In this document: positions 57,841-64,000 of the stretch, piece by piece
Position numbering within the stretch: the stretch's first letter is position 1
Layout of the letters: each line of letters opens with the position of its first letter
The notes under the pieces: model-generated
What the model saw: the letters and a program-made list of their open reading frames with translations, nothing else
Told to the model about the DNA's origin: nothing
Database searches by the model: none
Source of the DNA: Octopus vulgaris
Taxonomy: Eukaryota
Direction: 5' to 3'
DNA: 64,000 bases
Assembly (NCBI GenBank): GCA_951406725.2
Contig: OX597817.1
Span: 146,878,001 to 146,942,000 of the forward strand
Made by a program: the position numbers and the translations under genes

Positions 57841-58364
57841 TACCATAAATCCTCGAGTATAATCCGCATTTTCCCACCAAAATTTAAAGGTCAAAATCCC
57901 TAGTACGTACTATATACGAAGTTAAAAATGAAAAATATTTTCTAAGCAATGTTCGAGTCTCTATTTGCTGTCCGACAATGTTTATTCAGACGCATTTTGT
58001 GATACCGGGCACGAAAATACCTTAAGCTAAACCTGAAAGCAATGAAGTCATAAAAGAATCATCCATAATTTGCAGTAAGCAACATTTATTAAAATGAAAG
58101 TATTCAGAACAGAATAACATGTAACAAAAACATTTTGCAAGCATATTTACATTCCCATATAACAGTTAAGAATATCACCATTATTGTATTACGCATGTGT
58201 GGAAGTGTTTTTTCGACTAGGTGCTGTTGGCTTAATTACGCACGACTCAAGTTAGAGAAGGAGTGCGTATTATACACAAGGTTTAGGTTTTTCAGAGGTA
58301 CAGCCCCCTAAAAATCCTCTGTGTATTATACTCAAGGGTGGACTATACTCGAGGATTTATGGTA
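57841..58364. mobile_element. Non-autonomous Tc1/pogo-type DNA element (MITE)
   Basis: TIRs taccataaatcctcgagtata / tatactcgaggatttatggta with terminal TA. Confidence 0.85.
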
Positions 58365-58740
58365 TATGTTTTCATGCAATTCACGAACAATTACGAAGTG
58401 GGAGCATTAAGCTGTGATGTGTATAAATGCGATGTTATTAGGAACAATTATTTTGTTGGATTATTTTAATCTGTAATGAATTCTGTTTAAACTCCTTTTT
58501 GCACTCCAGATTTCTCTCCAGAATGAACTTGAATCTTCCTGGGATGTGTATTGATTTTCTTCATTTCTCTGTAGGCTGGTAATCAATTTTGACTGAATTT
58601 CTCGTTATTTTTCTTTCAGCTGCTCTTTTCTGATGACAGATTTAATTCCTGATTAAACGCGACAACTTGTACTCAAGTATTCTCATTTTGCTCTCTCTGA
58701 ATATTATTTCTATATTTAGAGTTCAATATTTTTTGGTAAG

Positions 58741-58955
58741 AAGGCGGCGAGCTGACAGAATTGTTAGCATGCCGGGCAAAATTCTTAGCAGCATTTCATC
58801 CGGCCTTACGCTCTGAGTTCACATTCCGCCGAGGTCGACTTTGCCTTTTATCCATTCGGGGTCAATAGAATAAATACCGGTTGAGCACTGGGGTCGATAT
58901 AACCAACTTAACCCCTTCCTCAAAACTGCTGGTCATTTGCCAAAATTTGAAATCA
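58741..58955 (+). mobile_element. SINE family A variant (alternative tail)
   Basis: Family A head and body; the tail aaccccttcctcaaaactgctggtc...aaatttgaaatc differs. Confidence 0.88.
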
Positions 58956-59642
58956 ATATTTGTTGTCAAGAAGGAAGTGTAGTTACTTGTTTGTTGAACG
59001 TGACAAGTATCAGCAAATAACTGCCAGTCTTCTGTCGGTACACATTTTTTCTGTTATATAAATTTATGGTAGCATTTTTTCTCTGTTTGCCTTTATCTTT
59101 ATAGAATCTTCAAGATACTTCTTAACAGTTATGTAAAAGGCATATAAATAGTCATTTACTTGCAAAACAGAAGAGAAATTACGCTGTTGAAACTATATCG
59201 TTAATCACTATCAACATCAACACAGGAGGTCTCTTGTCAACACTAGTCAATTATTATGTAGTGAAATGAAGTTCGTCCAATTATACTATTCAACTCTTGT
59301 AACAAATAGAGGAATGCTTTAGCCATTTGAAATCAATTGCATAAATCACTGTTTAGTTGATAACTCCAAGAATAATGTACAACAAATAAGATTCTGTTTA
59401 TCTTTTTACGTGTTTATATCTTTCAATTGTTCTCCGGTATTTAACTAACACTAACAAAATTTCCATCTTGAACAAAAACATACATAAAGTACTGAATGTT
59501 TTTTCCATGAGAAAAAACACAACAAAAACAACATATAAAAGAGTTTATATTGTTATGGTGATGTAGGGCATAAAACTGTCGCAATTATACAAGGATATTA
59601 CACTGTTTCTAATGTTTGCGCCAACTGGTATTCATGCCACTG

Positions 59643-59875
59643 AAGGCGGCGAGCTGGCAGAAACGTTGGCACGCCGGGCGAAATGCGTAGCCGTATTTCG
59701 CCTGCCGTTACATTCTGAGTTCAAATTCCGCCGAGGTCGACTTTGCATTTCATCCTTTCGGAGTCGATAAATTAAGTACCAGTTACGAACTGGGGTCGAT
59801 GTAATCGACTTAATCCGTTTGTCTGTCCTTGTTTGTCCCCTCTGTGTGTAGCCCCTTGTGGGTAGTAAAGAAATA
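59643..59875 (+). mobile_element. SINE family A, full length with 16 bp TSD
   Basis: Flanked by ggtattcatgccactg at 59627-59642 and 59876-59891. Confidence 0.93.
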
Positions 59876-60120
59876 GGTATTCATGCCACTGTAAAATTTG
59901 CAGAATTTATAAACATTTTTGTCTATAGTAGCAATAATTGTGGCTGACGCAAAACTTGGGATTGCAGCAATGGGACATCTCACATAAACGCTCATAATAT
60001 GAGATTTATACAAAAGCATTCAGAGTGATCAGTTCATGCAATTGTGTTAATGACTTGTAGTATGTTCTATTGAGTAGTTTGCAATCAATTCATTCACAAA
60101 GGAAGTTTAAGGGTACTTTT

Positions 60121-60153
60121 CGCCGAAGAAACCCAAGAGGTCGAAACGGTCTG
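60121..60153 (+). ncRNA. Degenerate hammerhead-like motif
   Basis: cg CCGAAGA aacc-caaga-ggtc GAAA cg GTC tg resembles the 10140 family; stem I is weak. Confidence 0.35.
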
Positions 60154-60802
60154 CTTTCCCACTATTTTTTAGTTTTGTGTAAGAGACGTTCGTCACATTA
60201 CTGTACTTGTATTTACCTATTTTTAAAATAAAACCCATTCAGTTGTCATTGAATGTGCAATTATTTTGTTACGACACGCGTATCCCTTCCAAATGAGATT
60301 GCCTCCTTTTTATAGATAAAGAAATTGATAGATATATTGGCAGACATATAGATAAATAGATAGTTAGGTAGATAGATATTTTTTAATGAAAGAGTGAAGA
60401 AATAACTAAATTTGCTGGCTAAAATGCTGACTAAAAGGAAAATAGAACTAATATACATAAGAGAGAGAGAGAGGTAGGAGGAGAAAATGAGGGAGAGAGA
60501 GAGGTAATAGAAGAAAGAAAGAAAAGAGATTTCGGAAGCTAATACTGACTAAATAATGGCAGATATTAAAAGACATAAGGGTAGAGAGTGGGAAGAAGGT
60601 GAAATGGAAAGGTGAAGAAAAAACAAAATTATTGGGGAAAGAAAATGAATGAATGAAATACAAGCAATATAAAAAGAACGGAAAGACGAAGATAAAGAAA
60701 ATACTCAGAGTTAAAGGGATATGAAGAAAATGTGGAGGGAGATGGGGAATGTAGGAGAAATAGAATCAGAAATACACATACTGATACAGATAGATAGACA
60801 GG

Positions 60803-60881
<79 letters not shown>

Positions 60882-62360
60882 ATAGATCGATTGATACATA
60901 TTACTGTTTTCAGCAGTTTCTTTCTCTATCTAAGAACAGTTGTCACTCATTCACTCACTTTCTCTGTATTTCTCTCTCTGCCATTACAGTTTTACGGTAT
61001 TTCTTTGTAAATCTGAAACAATTTACCCAAAATGCATTATTTCCCAAGATGGCGGCAACAATAACTTATAAAATAAAGCAAATTCGCAGAAACATTTATT
61101 ATATTAAATGCCTTTTTATCTGTCTGTTTCTCTCTATTAAACTATCTCTTTCTCCGTCTCTTCTTCCCTTTCCTTCTCCCCAGTGTTTTCTTTATGAAAT
61201 GCTTGTTAATTTAGTTTGATATTTTAAAGGTTTATTTTCCCTTGTTAATAAAATCTAATCGGCTCGTAAATTCTACTAAAGATTTCACATCAAGTTAAAT
61301 TTATTTTCCTATTTATTCACTCTATGTATTTTATACTATTTACATATTTATCTATTTGTATTTATAAATTACCTTATTTTTTATATCATTTCTGGAATTG
61401 AAAAGAAATGTACAATATGTGCACAGTAAATATTTTTATATTTGAACTATCGGTTTATATAAAAAGTTATTTTATCAACTCGTTTTTCGATTCAGTAATT
61501 CGATAACACTGTATGAGACAAATGGATTTATAAAGAGTATTGTGATAAATAGACAATGGTTAATTATATTCGAGAACTCTTACACGTTTATTTTCTTATT
61601 TTCATCTGCTGAGTTAACCAACTCTAAACTAGACCTAGATTTAGAAAATAGATGTTCTGTAAAATCCATAAACAATACATTAATTATTGTAACAAAAGTA
61701 CATCCATGTTTTACCTGATTTGAAATATCGAAAAATCTTTGTGTGATTAAATGTCGAAATGTCAGAAGGGTATTATTGTCAATAAATCTGTAATTTTTTG
61801 AATTATTAACCTCATCTTTTAAAAGATGCTGACTCGATGTTAAAGCGTAGCGTTATCTGAATTTTTTACTTTTTGAATAATGTTGATTAGTACATTGATT
61901 AAATCTCTTCCTGTTTGACTGAATGATTCTCTTTTATTAAAGGCGATTTGGATACAATTAATATGTTCAACAGTATTCATCTCGGTGAATGTCTCATCAC
62001 TGAGATTTTGATACAGATAGTGAAATCTACACTATGCTGAGGAGGTCTAATAATAGAAAAAACATTCCAAAGTTGTCTTCCGTAGTGTCAAAATGATTAA
62101 GATATTTTCGGTTATTGAGCTAATGGTGTCCTTTCTTCGCTGCGCCAGAATTTCTAATTACCTATTTGATTTTTAATGCATTAAATATATTAAATCTGGC
62201 TTAATTACAGAATTTTACTTATCTATTTTTATCAGCACCAAAGCGTCAACTTTACTTTGCATTTTAGCTAATGGCTACAGCGAATTCCGTTCCAACTTAG
62301 ATGCAGGCACCGCTCCTTACTTATACACAAGCATTCCCATCATATCCCTCTCTGAGACGC

Positions 62361-62610
62361 AAATCGCCAAAATACACTGATAATAACTACCGTCTGAAGG
62401 CAAACGGTCCAAGAAAATCCCTCAGCATACATTCAAGTATTTGAACTCGAGTGGACCGGTTTCTTGACTGGCATAACAGAGGAAGGTTAGGCTATTATTC
62501 CAGTCCAGAAACCGGTCCAAATGCTTGAATGTCTGCCGAGACAGTGTCCCGGCTCGTTTGTCTTCGGACAGTTGATTTCAGTAGTCATTATCAGTGTATT
62601 TTGGCGATTT
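62361..62610. repeat. ~250 bp imperfect hairpin; each arm starts with an HHR 3' half
   Basis: aaatcgccaaaatacactgataat...tggaccggtttc..gactgg | ccagtc..GAAACCGGTCca...attatcagtgtattttggcgattt. Confidence 0.8.
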
Positions 62611-62671
62611 AAATAAGAGTTTTGACTGTTATTGCCAGCAGGTAGACATACTTAGTATGCCCTTTGATTAA

Positions 62672-62705
<34 letters not shown>

Positions 62706-62708
<3 letters not shown>

Positions 62709-63305
62709 AGTCGTCAAAACTAAGTGGCTGTTCCATGTTATTGCTAGTTTAGCCCCAGTCAGATTCTCCGCCAGCTGGTTATCGCTGCGACTCTCCACCT
62801 TTATACACAATATATTGTTAGCAGGTGGAAGGGCTTCAGTCAGCAATATATTGTAAACAACACGACCATTGGTCACAGTTTGGCAACTAGCAAAATGGCT
62901 AGTTTTAAAGAAGAGATCAGAGTAGTAACTATATTGAAAAGTCGCCACATCGAAGTGGCTGTTACATGTTATTACTAGTTTAATCACAGGCAGATTATCC
63001 GCCAGCTGGTTATTGGATTCTGGCTATCGCTGGAGCGGACTCTAGCTATCGCTGGAGCAGACTCTAGCTATTGCTCTGGTGGACAGGTGCTCACGACTGA
63101 GGATAAGTCAAATAACTCGAAACTGAGTCAGTTTCGTTATCCTGTTACCTGCTAGAGGGGGATAGGGGGTTCGCTCCCTACAACCCTGCTAACAATATAT
63201 TGTGTATAAAGGGCGGAGAATCGCACCGATAACCACCTGGCAAAGAATCTGCCCGGGGTTAAACTAGTTATAACATGGAGCAACCACTTTATTGTTACGA
63301 CTGAC
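62706..63305. mobile_element. Inverted-repeat cassette (~120 bp arms, partial third copy at ~62940-63012) containing an HHR
   Basis: gtcagtcgt...tttatacacaatatattgttagcagg versus cctgctaacaatatattgtgtataaa...acgactgac; the left end abuts (TA)n. Confidence 0.82.
63093..63137 (+). ncRNA. Type I hammerhead ribozyme, intact core
   Basis: acga CTGAGGA ta agt-caaata-act c GAAA ctgagtcag TT tcgt. Stem I acga/tcgt, near-palindromic helix III, GUU site; stem II is weak. Confidence 0.72.
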
Positions 63306-63362
63306 ATTACTTTTTAGTATCGTTCCTATTCTGATCTCGAGATTTTACAACTGTATATATAT

Positions 63363-63678
63363 ATATATTAATAAAAAGGAATTCCAGCCTTGTCTGATTT
63401 TCCCGTTTTATTTTCAATCTTATAATGATATAATATAAGAAAATATTATGCTTCACAATTTTTGACAGTCAAAAATTGCGAAGCATGACTGTCACCACTT
63501 CACATGAACCTGAAGATTGCATAATTTAATGCATGAAAGTACTAGTTTAATCAGAATGAACATTTAACATTCTATTATTTTATTTCATTTTATTATATTA
63601 TCTTATATTATATCATTATAAGATTGTAAATAAAACGTGAAAATCAGACAAGGTTGGAATTCCTTTTTATTAATATAT
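63363..63678. mobile_element. Inverted-repeat cassette (~78 bp arms) containing an HHR
   Basis: Arms 63363-63440 and 63601-63678 are reverse complements; TA tracts lie on or near both sides. Confidence 0.85.
63505..63549 (+). ncRNA. Type I hammerhead ribozyme, intact core
   Basis: tgaac CTGAAGA t tgcat-aattta-atgca t GAAA gtac TA gttta; palindromic helix III (AgtacT); predicted cut after 63544. Confidence 0.82.
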
Positions 63679-63704
63679 TCTTCTATACACAATCACGTAC
63701 ACCC

Positions 63705-63788
<84 letters not shown>

Positions 63789-64000
63789 GAGCCATATTTA
63801 AGCCCTAATTATTAATTTTATTAGCATATATTTATTCCTTTAATTCTTATTTATTTATGCATTTATGTCAAATACTATATTCTTTTACCTTAGCTTCTTA
63901 ACATATCTACATCCGGTATCTCGTCAAGGGAACGCTGCACATCTGAAATTAAAAAAATTTTGTCCAGTAGTTCTTTATCCTTTTTAGTCTAGCTCAATAA

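Larger units (their letters stand above)
57400..59500 (-). mobile_element. Old, heavily decayed R4-like LINE fragment (RT N-terminal region), interrupted by a MITE and a SINE
   Basis: Minus strand SSFWREIWSA (58510), YRPLT...YKI (57730) and EQLLMKTVMSEVRWYSKNL...PHS (57420-57500) parallel the RT region of the 22930 element; boundaries are approximate. Confidence 0.6.

Noticed and set aside
61046-61057. aagatggcggc (YY1/Kozak-like) as a gene start
   Set aside because: It is an isolated motif, and the frame after the ATG closes within a few codons with no splice donor.

Overview
Gene-poor, AT-rich, microsatellite-saturated metazoan DNA. The SINE families and the density of (TA)n/(TACA)n/(TAA)n tracts suggest an octopus/coleoid cephalopod genome (inference). 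I can support no intact host protein-coding gene, and nearly all ORFs in the track are microsatellite artefacts. The window contains three tRNA-derived SINE families and decayed LINEs (several R4/Dong-like restriction-endonuclease LINEs, plus RTE, CR1-group and HERO-like 3' ends). It also holds a Gypsy LTR+gag remnant, mariner and pogo-like DNA elements, a retroposed 5S rRNA copy and a Penelope-like (PLE) RT-thumb/GIY-YIG remnant. The main signal not explained by a standard annotation is about 15-20 minimal type-I hammerhead-ribozyme (HHR) or HHR-like motifs from roughly ten unrelated sequence families. Most have a palindromic helix III, and several share a compensatory U3-A8 core. They sit in tiny non-coding cassettes, often as inverted pairs forming 100-600 bp hairpins, and their 3' ends usually abut (TA)n tracts. 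This looks like a dense population of non-autonomous, ribozyme-bearing, TA-targeting PLE derivatives. All structures were folded by eye and none has been tested.
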